From: Roseicyclus sp.
GTDB lineage: Bacteria > Pseudomonadota > Alphaproteobacteria > Rhodobacterales > Rhodobacteraceae
Length of the DNA: 64,000 nt
Assembly: GCA_018401385.1 (NCBI GenBank)
Contig: JAGYKZ010000004.1
Coordinates: 748-64,747, forward strand
Direction of reading: 5' to 3'
Positions 1-10,753 of this stretch are shown here, piece by piece. The first letter of the stretch is position 1; the number at the start of each line of letters is the position of its first letter. Below the pieces are notes generated by a model, which saw only the letters and a list, made by a program, of their open reading frames with translations, did no database searches and was not told the DNA's origin. The position numbers and the translations under genes are program-made.

Positions 1-434
1 AGTGCATCCAACAAGGCTTGGGTTGGGTGTTCATGCTTGCCATCGCCTGCATTGAGCACCGCGCAATTTACCTTCTCAGCGAGTAGGTTTACCGCGCCTG
101 AATGGGGGTGACGCACGACCAAAAGATCGGGATGCATCGCGTTGAGTGTCAGCGCCGTATCAATCAGCGTTTCGCCCTTTTTCAGGCTGGAGGCGGCCAT
201 GGCCATATTCATCACATCCGCGCCAAGGCGTTTGCCCGCCAATTCAAAACTGGCTTGGGTGCGGGTTGAGGCTTCGAAAAACATATTGATCTGGGTCAGC
301 CCTTTCAGGGCGTCACCATGTTTATCAACGCCACGCTCCAATTCGGCGTAGCGATCGGCCAGATCAAGAAGTGTAACGATTTCATCGGGGGCAAGTGTTT
401 CGATACCTAAGAGGTGGTTTTGGCGAAACGACAT
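1..434 (-). CDS. pyrB: Aspartate carbamoyltransferase catalytic subunit (5' part; runs off the window)
   Basis: Manual minus-strand translation: [12 protein letters not shown]...[24 protein letters not shown]...KKGETLIDT...VVRH...[16 protein letters not shown], which contains the ATCase STRT and HPTQ motifs. Confidence 0.96.
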   Translation of the reverse strand, partial: MSFRQNHLLGIETLAPDEIVTLLDLADRYAELERGVDKHGDALKGLTQINMFFEASTRTQASFELAGKRLGADVMNMAMAASSLKKGETLIDTALTLNAMHPDLLVVRHPHSGAVNLLAEKVNCAVLNAGDGKHEHPTQALLDA

Positions 435-567
435 CGGGCCTCCCCTGATCTGCCTTTATATTCGACTGCGCCGCTTATAGGCTGTCTTTGGGGGTGGATA
501 CAACCCATCCGATAGAGGCTGTTATCGCCCATTTACCTCACCGCGCGCTGGCAGTAGCATTGTGGCT

Positions 568-1386
568 ATGCGCAGTGACCTTGACCAGATGGACTATTGG
601 GATGCCTTTGCCGCACTGAGTTGGCAGGCGGATTTGGGCGTTGTTGATGCCTTGGCGGAGGAGCCTATCAACCGTTTCGATGTGCAGCCAGAGACCAAGC
701 CTGCGCCGCTTGCACCAAAGGCTGCAGACCCTACGCCCGCGCCCGCGCCAAAACCTGTCTCGGTTTCTGATTTGGCTATAGCGGCCGATGCCGCGGCACA
801 GGCCGCCCCATCCTTGGATGCCTTGCGCGCTGCAATGGACGGTTTCCAAGGTCTCGATCTGCGCCAAGGGGCGCGGAATATGATTTTCGCGCAAGGCAAT
901 CCTGAGGCCGATGTGATGGTCATTTCTGAGGCTCCAAGCCGCGCCGATGATGAGGCGGGGCAGGGTTTTAGCGATGAAGCGGGTAAGCTGTTTGATGCGA
1001 TGTTCGGAGCGATTGGCCTGTCGCGCGGTGCGGAGCATCCGGAGGCGGCGCTTTATTTCACCTACGTCTGCCCTTGGCGAATGCCACAGGATCGGCCCAT
1101 CACGGATGCCGAACACAAAATATTGCGCCCCTTCGTGTTGCGCCATATTGCGCTGCGTGCGCCAAAGGCGGTGGTTCTTCTGGGCAATGCGGCCTGTGTT
1201 TCGGTATTGGGTCAATCGGGCCTGCAACGCTTGCGCGAGGCAGAGCATCGCGCAACGGCAGGGGCGCATCTATGCCCAGCATTCCCGATTTACGCGCCAC
1301 AGCGATTGATGAAGATCCCCTTGCTGAAACGCGAGGCTTGGGCTGATCTGTTGAAACTGAAAGCCACACTCGAGGGCCAGATATGA
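568..1386 (+). CDS. Uracil-DNA glycosylase family 4-like protein with degenerate active site
   Basis: Family-4 UDG layout (LRQGARNMIFAQGNPEADVMVI...PWR...PFVLRHIAL..PK.VVLLGN.A...KREAWADLL), but the catalytic motifs are altered. Confidence 0.85.
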   Translation: MRSDLDQMDYWDAFAALSWQADLGVVDALAEEPINRFDVQPETKPAPLAPKAADPTPAPAPKPVSVSDLAIAADAAAQAAPSLDALRAAMDGFQGLDLRQGARNMIFAQGNPEADVMVISEAPSRADDEAGQGFSDEAGKLFDAMFGAIGLSRGAEHPEAALYFTYVCPWRMPQDRPITDAEHKILRPFVLRHIALRAPKAVVLLGNAACVSVLGQSGLQRLREAEHRATAGAHLCPAFPIYAPQRLMKIPLLKREAWADLLKLKATLEGQI

Positions 1387-1925
1387 GCCGCATTGACCAG
1401 ACGCGCGAATTTATCCCCATCGGCATTGCGGTTTTGGCCGTGTCGGACACGCGAGATTTATCCGAGGATAAATCGGGCGATCTGTTACAGCAGCGGATCA
1501 CGGACGCGGGGCATCATTTGGTCTATCGCGACATTCTGCGCGATGAGCGCAAGGACATTGCCGAAAAGCTGCGCAGATGGTGTGCTGATCCTGAGGTTGA
1601 CGTGATCCTGACCACAGGCGGCACGGGTCTGACGGGACGCGATGTTACGGTTGAGGCACATCGTGATGTCTATGAAAAAGAGATCGAGGCCTTTGGCACC
1701 GTATTCACGATGGTCTCGATGCAAAAGATCGGCACATCCGCTGTGCAATCGCGCGCCACAGGCGGGGTGTGCCAAGGCACATATCTGTTTGCCCTGCCGG
1801 GCAGTTCGGGGGCCTGTGCCGATGCGTGGGATGAAATTTTGCGATGGCAATTGGATTATCGACACCGTCCGTGCAATTTCGTTGAAATCATGCCACGTTT
1901 GGAGGAGCATCGGCGCCGGAAATGA
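1383..1925 (+). CDS. moaB: Molybdenum cofactor biosynthesis protein B
   Basis: VSDTR..EDKSG, TTGGTGLTGRDVT, SAVQSRA, LPGS and RPCNFVE motifs. Confidence 0.95.
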   Translation: MSRIDQTREFIPIGIAVLAVSDTRDLSEDKSGDLLQQRITDAGHHLVYRDILRDERKDIAEKLRRWCADPEVDVILTTGGTGLTGRDVTVEAHRDVYEKEIEAFGTVFTMVSMQKIGTSAVQSRATGGVCQGTYLFALPGSSGACADAWDEILRWQLDYRHRPCNFVEIMPRLEEHRRRK

Positions 1926-2045
1926 CCCTCTGGTGCGTTTCAGAAGAAAGGGTGAGCCACAAGGACAGGGTCACTATGCCACGCTATTTTCCTTGTGGCG
2001 TCCTGCGCTATCTTTGGACTGTGCGTTTCTTCTGAGGCGGTTTTT

Positions 2046-3382
2046 ATGAAGTTTTTCAATCGAGCGTTAACGGGTCTTTATCTGAGCGCCGTCACCTTCG
2101 GACTTTTGTCTTTGGCTGTAGGCGCAATTTGGGCATCGTTGCAGACGCGCATGGCGGATGATGGTTTTGCGCCGCCTGTTCGTGAACGTGTCTTTGCCGC
2201 TGAAGTGCTGACCCTGACCCCGCAAAGCTTGCGCCCTGAATTGACCGCTTTTGGTGAAATTTTGCCACGCCGCAGTTTGGAATTGCGCGCCGCCATTGGG
2301 GGGCGTGTGGTCGAATTGGCCCCGAATTTCCAAGAGGGCGGGCGGGTAGAGGCAGGTGCGCTTTTGGTGCGGATTGATCCTGCCGAGGCGGAATGGGCGC
2401 GGGACACGGCGGAGGCGGAGTTGGCAGATGCGATTGCGCAAGATGCGCTGCGCCGCCGCGCTTTGGAGCGCGCGCGACTTGGCCGAGAGCGCGGCGTGGG
2501 CAGCTTGACGGCGGTGGAGGCCGCAGGGTGGCGGTTGCATCCGCCAGTCAAAACCACGATGGCCCGCAGGCAGGCCTTGGCCGATGCGGAGCGAAATTGG
2601 CGGACACGGAGATTCGTGCGGGTTTTGCGGGAGTGCTGTCAGAGGTCGATTTAGCAGAGGGGCGGCTTTTGAGCGCGAACGAGCAATTTGGCCGCCTGAT
2701 TGACCCTGAGCAATTGGAAGTGGCTTTCCGCCTTTCGACTGCACAATATACGCGCCTTCTCGGAGAAGATGGCGCGCTTCCGCCCTTGGATGTGGAATTG
2801 CGCCTTGATCTTGGTGACCAAGTTCTGACCTTGCCTGCACGGTTCACCCGACAAAGCGGTGCGGTTGGCGCCGGTCAGACAGGACGGTTGCTGTTTGCCG
2901 ATGTTCTGCGCGCAAGCGGGCTTCAGGCTGGAGATTTTGTCACCGTGCATTTGACTGAGCCCGCTTTGGACAATGTCATGATCGCCCCTGCCACCGCACT
3001 TGCGGAAGGGGCGCGGGTTTTGGTTTTGGGTGAGGACAACCGCTTGGAGGAAGCGGACGTCACCTTGCTGCGCCGTCAAGGCGATGATGTGATTTTTCGC
3101 GCGGCTGATTTGATCGGCCGCGAAATCGTGGTCGCCCGCACCCCTGTGTTAGGTGCAGGCATTAAGATTGATCCGCTGCGCCCCGCTCCAAGCGATGGCA
3201 CGGCACCTTCGCCCGAGGCGGAGGTTGCACTTGACCCTGAACGCCGTGCGCGGCTGATTGCCTTTGTCGAGAGCAATTCCTTCATGCCCGATGATGTCAA
3301 GGCACGGCTTTTGGATCAGTTAAACCAACCGCGCGTGCCCAGTGGTGTCGTTGCGCGGCTTGAAGATCGTATGGGGGGGTAA
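2046..3382 (+). CDS. RND efflux periplasmic adaptor subunit (indels at ~2520-2600, probably sequencing errors)
   Basis: N-terminal anchor plus a lipoyl-like ELRAAIGGRVVELAPNFQEGGRV segment in one frame, continuing as TEIRAGFAGVLSEV...LEVAFRLS in another frame. Lies directly upstream of an AcrB-type permease. Confidence 0.85.
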
Positions 3383-3385
3383 TCC

Positions 3386-6300
3386 ATGCGGACGCTTCCC
3401 ACACAGGCTTCGGGCATCCTCTCTTATTTCACGCGTCATCGCACCGCGGCCAATCTGGTCTTGGTGGCTTTGATCTGTGCAGGTCTTTTTGCCCTGCCCA
3501 ATATGCGCGCGCAGTTTTTCCCCGATGTCGTTGTGGATGATGTTGACATCACCGCCCGATGGGATGGGGCGGGGGCCGAAGATGTCGATCTGGCCATTGT
3601 CGGCGTTTTGGAGCCTGTTTTGTTGGCGGTTGATGGGGTCACGTCTTCTCAGGCCACCGCACGAGAAGGTGTCGCAAGCCTGCGTTTGGAATTTGAGCCG
3701 GGCTGGGACATGGCGCGCGCGGCAGATGATGTGCAACAGGCAGTCGATAGCGTGACGGATTTGCCTCAAGATTCCGACACCCCCGAAGTGCGGCGCGGCA
3801 TATGGCGTGATCGCGTGACAGATGTGGTGATTACAGGCCCGGTTGCACCCGCGCAATTGGCGCGTTTTGCCGATGAGTTTGTGGCGCGCCTTTTTGAGCA
3901 AGGGGTTACACGCACCACCATTCGCGGCGTGGCCGCCCCAGAAATCTTGGTGGAAGTGCCAAGTGTGCGCCTGATCCAATATGATGTTTCAATGGCCGAT
4001 ATAGCGGCGGCCATCGCCGCCGAGGTGGATAGCGCACCTGCCGGTGCCGTGGACGGCGCCAATGCCCGTGTGCGGGCAGGTTCGGCCAAGCGCAGCGCTG
4101 AGGAAATCGCCGCGATTGCCCTGATCCGCGATCCCAATGGCCGCACTGTTTCGATTGGTGATGTGGCCCGTGTAATCGAATTGGCGGTGGATCGGGACAG
4201 TGCCTATTTCGTCGCGGGAAACCCCGCGATGACGGTGCGTGTGGATCGCTCGGATAAGGGGGATGCCATTGCAATCCAAGCGCAGGTGGAGACCATCGCC
4301 GCACAGATGGAGGCGACCTTGCCAAAAGATGTGCAGATTGATCTGATCCGCACACGTGCAGAGTTCATCTCGGGCCGTTTGAATATCTTGCTCTCCAATG
4401 GTCTCACGGGTCTGGCGCTGGTTTTGGCGCTGTTGTTTTTGTTTCTTAATGCGCGCACGGCGTTTTGGGTGGCGGCAGGTATCCCCGTGGCGATGCTGGC
4501 TGCGATTGCCCTCATGTATGCGGCAGGTCTGACGCTGAATATGATCTCGCTTTTTGCCTTGATCATCACATTGGGGATTGTGGTGGATGATGCCATCGTG
4601 GTCGGCGAACACGCCGATTATCGCCATCGCAGCTTGGGCGAAGATCCCGTGACCGCTGCGGAAACGGCAGCGCGGCGCATGGCGTCGCCCGTATTCGCGG
4701 CGACTTTGACCACGATTCTGGCTTTCGCGGGGCTTGCGGCCATTGGCGGACGGTTTGGGGATTTGATTGCCGATATCCCCTTTACCGTCATCGTGGTGCT
4801 GACAGCAAGTCTTGTGGAATGCTTTTTGATCCTGCCCAATCATATGTCCCATGCTTTGGCCGCAACGGCGAAAGATGCGTGGTATGATCGCCCCTCGCGG
4901 TTCGTGAATCGTTGGTTTGACTATGTGCGGGAGCGCTATTTTCGGCGCTTCATTGGTTTTGCGGTCAAGGCACGCTATCCAGTGATTGCGCTGATGCTGA
5001 TGCTGTTGGCAACGCAAGCGGCCAGTTTTCTGCGTGGGGATGTGACATGGCGCTTTTTCAACGCGCCTGAGTTGAGCTCCGTTTCTGGCAATTTCGCCAT
5101 GTTGGATGGGGCTTCGCGCGAAGACAGTCTTGAGATGTTGGCCGAGATGCAGCGCGCGGTTGCGGCAGTTGCCGCGCGCTATGCGGCCGATCATGGCCGT
5201 GATCCGACCGCTTATGTTTTGGCGGAAATCGGCGGCAACACGGGCGGCCGTTTGGCATCTGCGGATGGCAAAGCCCCAGAGCTTTTGGGATCTATCTCGA
5301 TTGAGTTGATCGACCCTGATTTGCGCCCCTATTCATCCTTCGCTTTTGTTGCGGATTTACAAAGTGAATTGCGTCAAACACCCTTGGTCGAAGAGGTCAG
5401 CTTTCGCGGATGGCGCGGCGGGCCGGGCGGGGATGCGATTGATGTGCAGATCGCTGGTGCCTCCAGCGAGGTGTTGAAAACCGCCGCGCAGGCCGGTGAA
5501 AACAGCGCTCTTGCCTTTCCCAGAGGTGTCCGCTTTGACAGATGATCTGCCCTATGATCGTCAAGAGTTGAGCTTGTCCCTGACCCCGCGGGGGGAGGCT
5601 TTGGGATTTGAAATCGAAAACCTTGGCCGCATCTTGCGCAACAGATTGGGCGGGGTTGAGGCCGCGCGCTTTCCAGAAGGTTTACGCACCGCCACCATCA
5701 GGGTGGAATTGCCAGATCGCGAACTGACGGCAGATTTCTTGGACCGTATGTTGCTGCGCGATGGTGCAGGCAATTATGTGCCTTTGGCGGATATTGTATC
5801 GGTTGAAACGCGGATCGGATTTTCCACGATCCGCCGCGAAAATGGTCAACGCGTTGTGTCGGTTACGGGCGATTTATCCGAGGATGATCCAGCCCGTGCT
5901 GAAGAAATCATGAATATTTTGCGCAATGACGTCTTGCCGCGCATTGAGGCGCAATATGGTGTCACGACCATCCTTTCTGGTCTGGCCGAGCAGGAGCGCG
6001 ATTTCCTCGATGATGCTTTGCTGGGCTTCATGGCCTGTATGGTCGGTATATATATCGTGCTGGCATGGATTTTCGCCAGCTGGGCGCGGCCACTTGTGGT
6101 GTTGTCGGTGATCCCCTTTGGTTTGACGGGTGCGATTTTTGGCCATTGGCACTGGGATGTGCCATTGTCGATGTTCACCGTGGTGGGTTTGATCGGGATG
6201 ACGGGTATCATCATCAACGACTCCATCGTCTTGGTGTCCACAGTGGATGAATATGCCAAGGAGCGCGGTTTGATCCCCGCCATTATTGATGCCGCCTGTG

Positions 6301-6764
6301 ATCGTTTGCGCCCTGTGTTGCTGACCACATTAACCACCGTTTTGGGCCTTGCACCCTTGCTGTTTGAAACCTCGTCACAGGCACAATTTCTTAAGCCCAC
6401 GGTGATCACTTTGGTCTATGGTCTGGGCTTTGGAATGTTGGTCGTTTTGCTGCTTGTGCCTGCGGTTTTGGCGCTGCAACTGGATGTGGCCAAACGCGTT
6501 GCGGCGATGCGGCGTGCCTTGCGGGCGGGCCGGCGCTTGGGGCAGGCGGGGATACTCTTTGGCCTCGCCACGGGTGCAGTTATTGTCTGGTGGGGCCTGG
6601 TCCTTGGCGGACCCGTCCTGATGGGCGAAGCTTGGGGGTGGGCCAATGCGATTTTGCCAAGCACGGGTTTTGGCGCTTTCCTTGTCTTTATTGCCGGGGC
6701 GCTGGTGCTTGTCTTGGGTGTAGGGCTGGCCTTCGCGCGTGCGGCGTGCAAGGCTTCGCCTTAA
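3386..6764 (+). CDS. RND (AcrB/AcrD/AcrF family) efflux permease (frameshift at ~5490)
   Basis: RHRTAANL, GIVVDDAIVVGE, GIIINDSIVLV and RLRPVLLTTLTT motifs, split over ORFs 3386..5545 and 5496..6764. Confidence 0.92.
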
Positions 6765-7639
6765 CCCGCTTCACAACCTGTCCACTCAACCGCTTGCTGC
6801 GCACCGATAAAGGTGATCCGCAGATCAGAACGGTCGAGCATAAAGGGCAATCCCTGTGGCGGGACAAGGTCAGCTGTCGCGGTCACATTCTGGGCCTGTC
6901 GTTCATAAATTGGCGGCGACATCCACATATCGGGAATGGGCAGCTCCAGCATCATGGTCTCAGGTCCGCCAAGGTCGGGCAGATGCGCGGAGATTGTCAC
7001 CCGTAACCCATCGGCAATTGAGCGGATGTCACATCGCACAGGACCTGCACCGATTTCGGCGGCGGGCGTGGGTTGGTCCGCAAGTGCTGTGGCAATCACC
7101 GGATCATGCCTGCCTGAAGCGTCCAAAACCCCTTCGAGTTCCAGAGTGACAGGCATACAAATCTCGTCACATACACCGATATTCAACTCTGCCCAAAAAG
7201 CTACATCTCCCGCGTCATCGGTCAAATCCAGCTCAATGGGAAAGACCACATCCGTGCGGTAGCCAATATTGGGCGTTCCAGCGGTGAAGATGACTTCGGG
7301 CCGTGGGAAATGCATCCAAGCCCCCTCAATAGAGCTGTTGCGCGCGATTTTGAATTCGGGCGCAAGCCCGCCATCTCCCGGGCTACGCCAATAGGTTTTC
7401 CACCCATCGGCCAATGTGATGGCCACAGCGCCCAAGTGATGGCCATTCTCCATGCGCCATCCCGTCAGAAAGCGCGCCGAGACAACCTCCTCAGCATTCA
7501 AAAACACCGCTTGCGCTTGGGCGTTGGTCGCGCCAAGCCCTTGCACGGCACAGGTCACTGCCGCGAATAGGACCGCGGCGCTGGTGCCCGCAAACCTATC
7601 GGAGCGCCAAGGGCGCATTCTGGTCTGGCTGTCATTCAT
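6761..7639 (-). CDS. Stand-alone DsbD N-terminal-domain (protein-disulfide reductase) periplasmic protein
   Basis: Signal-like N-terminus, GWKTYWRSPGDGGLAP and GVCDEICMP motifs. Start codon uncertain. Confidence 0.8.
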   Translation of the reverse strand: MNDSQTRMRPWRSDRFAGTSAAVLFAAVTCAVQGLGATNAQAQAVFLNAEEVVSARFLTGWRMENGHHLGAVAITLADGWKTYWRSPGDGGLAPEFKIARNSSIEGAWMHFPRPEVIFTAGTPNIGYRTDVVFPIELDLTDDAGDVAFWAELNIGVCDEICMPVTLELEGVLDASGRHDPVIATALADQPTPAAEIGAGPVRCDIRSIADGLRVTISAHLPDLGGPETMMLELPIPDMWMSPPIYERQAQNVTATADLVPPQGLPFMLDRSDLRITFIGAQQAVEWTGCEAG

Positions 7640-7755
7640 GGCATCAACGGTTAGCGACAGATTGTGGGAATGAAAAGTCACGTTTGAGCGAAGTGCGTTT
7701 GATTTCTTGCCCGATGCCCCTTGCCCTTGCTCGAGAGCGCGCGCATTTTGGGCCC

Positions 7756-8358
7756 ATGACGCAAGACCAGACCTTGAACCAAGAAACGAGTGATTTATCG
7801 GGCAAGTTGCTTGTCGCAATGCCTGGGATGGGTGACCCGCGTTTCGCTCATGCGGTGGTGTTTCTTTGCGCCCATGATGCGGAGCAGGCGATGGGGTTGA
7901 TCATCAACAAACCGATGCCTGAGTTGAGCCTTTGGGAAATGTTCGAGCAATTGGGCATCACCGCAGGCGCGGAGGTGCTGCCCAATCTTCCGATTTGCTA
8001 TGGCGGCCCTGTCGAGCAGGGGCGCGGGTTCGTTCTGCATGAGGCGCAGTATAGCGCGGATGGTGACAGCCATGCAGGGCGCCTTGAGGTCAATGATGAT
8101 TTCGCGATGACCGCAACATTGGATATTCTTGATGATATTGCCCAAGGGGATGGTCCCGATCAGGCGATTGTCGCTTTGGGGTATGCGGGATGGGGGCGTG
8201 GCCAGTTGGAGCAAGAGTTGGCCCAGAACGCGTGGCTGATTTGTGATGCCGCGCCTGATTTGGTGTTCACCGTGTCTATGCCGCGCAAATGGGAAGCGGC
8301 CATGGCGCGGCTTGGCATTGATCCCATTCTTCTTTCGGCGCAGGCGGGGCGTGCTTAG
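7756..8358 (+). CDS. YqgE/AlgH family protein
   Basis: LLVAMPGMGDPRF, MGLIINKP, GGPVEQGRGFVLH and GYAGWGRGQLEQE..NAW motifs. Confidence 0.93.
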   Translation: MTQDQTLNQETSDLSGKLLVAMPGMGDPRFAHAVVFLCAHDAEQAMGLIINKPMPELSLWEMFEQLGITAGAEVLPNLPICYGGPVEQGRGFVLHEAQYSADGDSHAGRLEVNDDFAMTATLDILDDIAQGDGPDQAIVALGYAGWGRGQLEQELAQNAWLICDAAPDLVFTVSMPRKWEAAMARLGIDPILLSAQAGRA

Positions 8359-8364
8359 GGCGGT

Positions 8365-9345
8365 TTAAGCCCGTGGTGCGGCCGCACGATTGAGCCGGTC
8401 ATTGATGGCCAAACCCAAACCCATCGGCGGGATGGGTGCCACATCAATCCCCGTGAAGTTGCCCTCAGCTACGCTTGCATCTGCAAGGTGTAGGACTTTG
8501 AAAAGACGGCTTGCCGCCTCGCGCAAATCCGCGCTTTCAGACAAGGTGACATCTGCATCGTTCTGTGGGCCGAAGGCAATGCGATAGCGGGCTGGATCAT
8601 CCAGATTGGAATTGATCCGTAAAGCCGCTTGGGGCGCGTAATGGCTGGTCATTTGACCTGGCGCTGCGATCCGTCCAGGGGTGAGGTCAGCGATCAATGG
8701 CCCAGTGATCTTCTCCAGATCCTCCCGCGCAATGCCTCCTTCACGCAGCAATTTGGCAGAGGGTCCGCTGACATCTACAATGCTTGATTCAAGGCCCACG
8801 GGACAATCGCCCCCGTCTAAAACCGCCGCGACACCTGCACCCAAAGATTGCATCACATGATCGGCTTGCGTGGGCGAAAGATGACCCGAACGATTGGCAG
8901 AAGGGGCGGCAATAGGCCCACCAAATTCGTCCAATAGCGCCCGCGCCAGCGGATTTTGCGGCACGCGCAGCGCCACGGTGGGAAGTCCTGCGCTGACCAA
9001 GGACGAAAGGCCATGAACAGGCCGCAAGGGCAGCACCAAAGTCAATGGACCGGGCCAGAAGGCAGCGGCCAAATCACGGGCCATAGGCGAAAATTCTGCG
9101 AGGCTTTGCGCTGTCTCAACATCGCTGAGATGCACGATCAACGGGTTGAATGTGGGCCGCCCCTTTGCCTCGAACACTTTGGCGCAGGCCAGATCATCGC
9201 GCGCATCTGCACCAAGCCCGTAAACCGTTTCGGTGGGAAATGCGACCAAGGCGCCCGCCCGTAGCAGGGCCGCCGCCGCCGCAATGCCATGCGCATCGGC
9301 TGTGAGCCTTTCGGGGCGATCAGCGGGAGGGAAGGCTTGTGGCAT
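8365..9345 (-). CDS. tsaC: L-threonylcarbamoyladenylate synthase (Sua5 type)
   Basis: VAFPTETVYGLGADA, KGRPTFNPLIVH, WPGPLT, AAPSANRSG, APGQMTSHYAP and AINDRLNRAA motifs. Confidence 0.95.
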   Translation of the reverse strand: MPQAFPPADRPERLTADAHGIAAAAALLRAGALVAFPTETVYGLGADARDDLACAKVFEAKGRPTFNPLIVHLSDVETAQSLAEFSPMARDLAAAFWPGPLTLVLPLRPVHGLSSLVSAGLPTVALRVPQNPLARALLDEFGGPIAAPSANRSGHLSPTQADHVMQSLGAGVAAVLDGGDCPVGLESSIVDVSGPSAKLLREGGIAREDLEKITGPLIADLTPGRIAAPGQMTSHYAPQAALRINSNLDDPARYRIAFGPQNDADVTLSESADLREAASRLFKVLHLADASVAEGNFTGIDVAPIPPMGLGLAINDRLNRAAAPRA

Positions 9346-9437
9346 ATTTCTTCATGGCCTAGACGGGTGGAAACGATCTTTGGGGCGCTATAGCGTGACC
9401 CCGCCCTGATGCCAAGCAGCCGAAGGTGACGTGCCAT

Positions 9438-10463
9438 ATGATCCGACATCCGTTTGAGACCCCGCCCGCCAAGGGCAGCGGCGTGGAAATTGCCGAAGGC
9501 GTTTATTGGATTCGTCTCTCCATGCCGCTTGGGCTTGATCATGTGAACATCTTCGCATTGCGCGAGGAAGCGGGCTGGACGTTGATTGATACGGGTCTTG
9601 ATGTGCCCGAAGTGCGCGCTGAATGGGCATCGATTCTGAGCGACCACTTGCGCGGGGATCCGATCTTGCGCGTGGTGGTGACCCATCATCATCCCGATCA
9701 TGTTGGGCTTGCGGGCTGGTTCATGGCACAGGGTGCGGAGTTGCTGATGACGCGGACCGCATGGCTCACCGCGCGGATGCTGACCTTGGATGAGCAACCG
9801 ATCCCAAGCCCCGAAGCGGTGTCTTTCTGGCGCAGCGCGGGTATGGATCAGGTGCGCCTGTCCAAGCGCCTTGATAATCGACCGTTCAATTTCTGTGACA
9901 CGGTTCACCCTTTGCCATTGGGGTTTACGCGTTTGGATGACGGGGCGGTGCATCGGTTGGGCGGGCGTGATTGGGTTGTTCATTTCGGCCAAGGTCACGC
10001 GCCAGACCATGCCACGCTGTGGTGCAAGGATGCACCGCTGGTTTTGGCAGGAGATCAGCTTTTGCCCTCCATTTCGCCAAATTTGGGTGTCTATCCGACC
10101 GAGCCCATGGCAGACCCTGTTGCGGAATGGTTGCAGAGCTGTGCCAAATTCGAAGGGCTGGCGCAGGATGATCAGTTGGTGCTGCCCGGCCATAAATTGC
10201 CCTATTATGGGTTGCCAGATCGGTTGCGGCAGCTGTCGGACAATCACCATGGGGCATTGACCCGATTGCGGGATCATTTGACCGAAGAACCGCGCCGCGC
10301 TGTCGACTGCTTTGCACCGCTGTTCAAGCGTCAGATTGATGATGGCACATATGGCCTTGCCATGGTTGAGGCGGTGGCGCATCTCAACCACCTTTACCAC
10401 CGTGGCGAGGTCACGCGGGACATGGATGCGGAGGGGGCATGGGTCTGGCGGATGTGCGGATGA
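9438..10463 (+). CDS. MBL-fold metallo-hydrolase
   Basis: LDHVN, LIDTG, THHHPDHVG, GHAPDH, GDQLL and LPGH motifs. Confidence 0.92.
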   Translation: MIRHPFETPPAKGSGVEIAEGVYWIRLSMPLGLDHVNIFALREEAGWTLIDTGLDVPEVRAEWASILSDHLRGDPILRVVVTHHHPDHVGLAGWFMAQGAELLMTRTAWLTARMLTLDEQPIPSPEAVSFWRSAGMDQVRLSKRLDNRPFNFCDTVHPLPLGFTRLDDGAVHRLGGRDWVVHFGQGHAPDHATLWCKDAPLVLAGDQLLPSISPNLGVYPTEPMADPVAEWLQSCAKFEGLAQDDQLVLPGHKLPYYGLPDRLRQLSDNHHGALTRLRDHLTEEPRRAVDCFAPLFKRQIDDGTYGLAMVEAVAHLNHLYHRGEVTRDMDAEGAWVWRMCG

Positions 10464-10594
10464 GGCGCTGGTGCGACACTGTCCCTGTGCTTTGCCATAA
10501 GAATTTTACAATGCTCGTGTCATAGTGTCGCGTGACAGGTGCGCAGAAATTCGCTATGCGCAATTCCAAAGCGACCAGTTGAATGGAGACGACC

Positions 10595-10735
10595 ATGGCA
10601 AAGAACGAACACAAGCACGGTTCAATGGACATCAGCGAGCAAGAGAAAACCTTTGACGGTTTCATGACGTGGAGCGTCCGCGTTGGCGTTGTGTCGATTG
10701 CGGTTGTGATCTTCTTGGCCCTCTTCGCGCGCTAA
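10595..10735 (+). CDS. ctaH: aa3-type cytochrome c oxidase subunit IV (46 aa; too short for the ORF track)
   Basis: MAKNEHKHGSMDISEQEKTFDGFMTWSVRVGVVSIAVVIFLALFAR, with the HGSMDI..QEKTF.GF signature and one TM helix. GGAG RBS upstream. Confidence 0.88.
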   Translation: MAKNEHKHGSMDISEQEKTFDGFMTWSVRVGVVSIAVVIFLALFAR

Positions 10736-10753
10736 GTCTGAGATCGAACACTG

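Noticed and set aside
3989-5194. Long antisense ORFs (e.g. 3989..5194, 9138..10400, 19280..20182, 41434..42303)
   Set aside because: They are shadows of well-supported genes in GC-rich DNA and contain no recognisable motifs.
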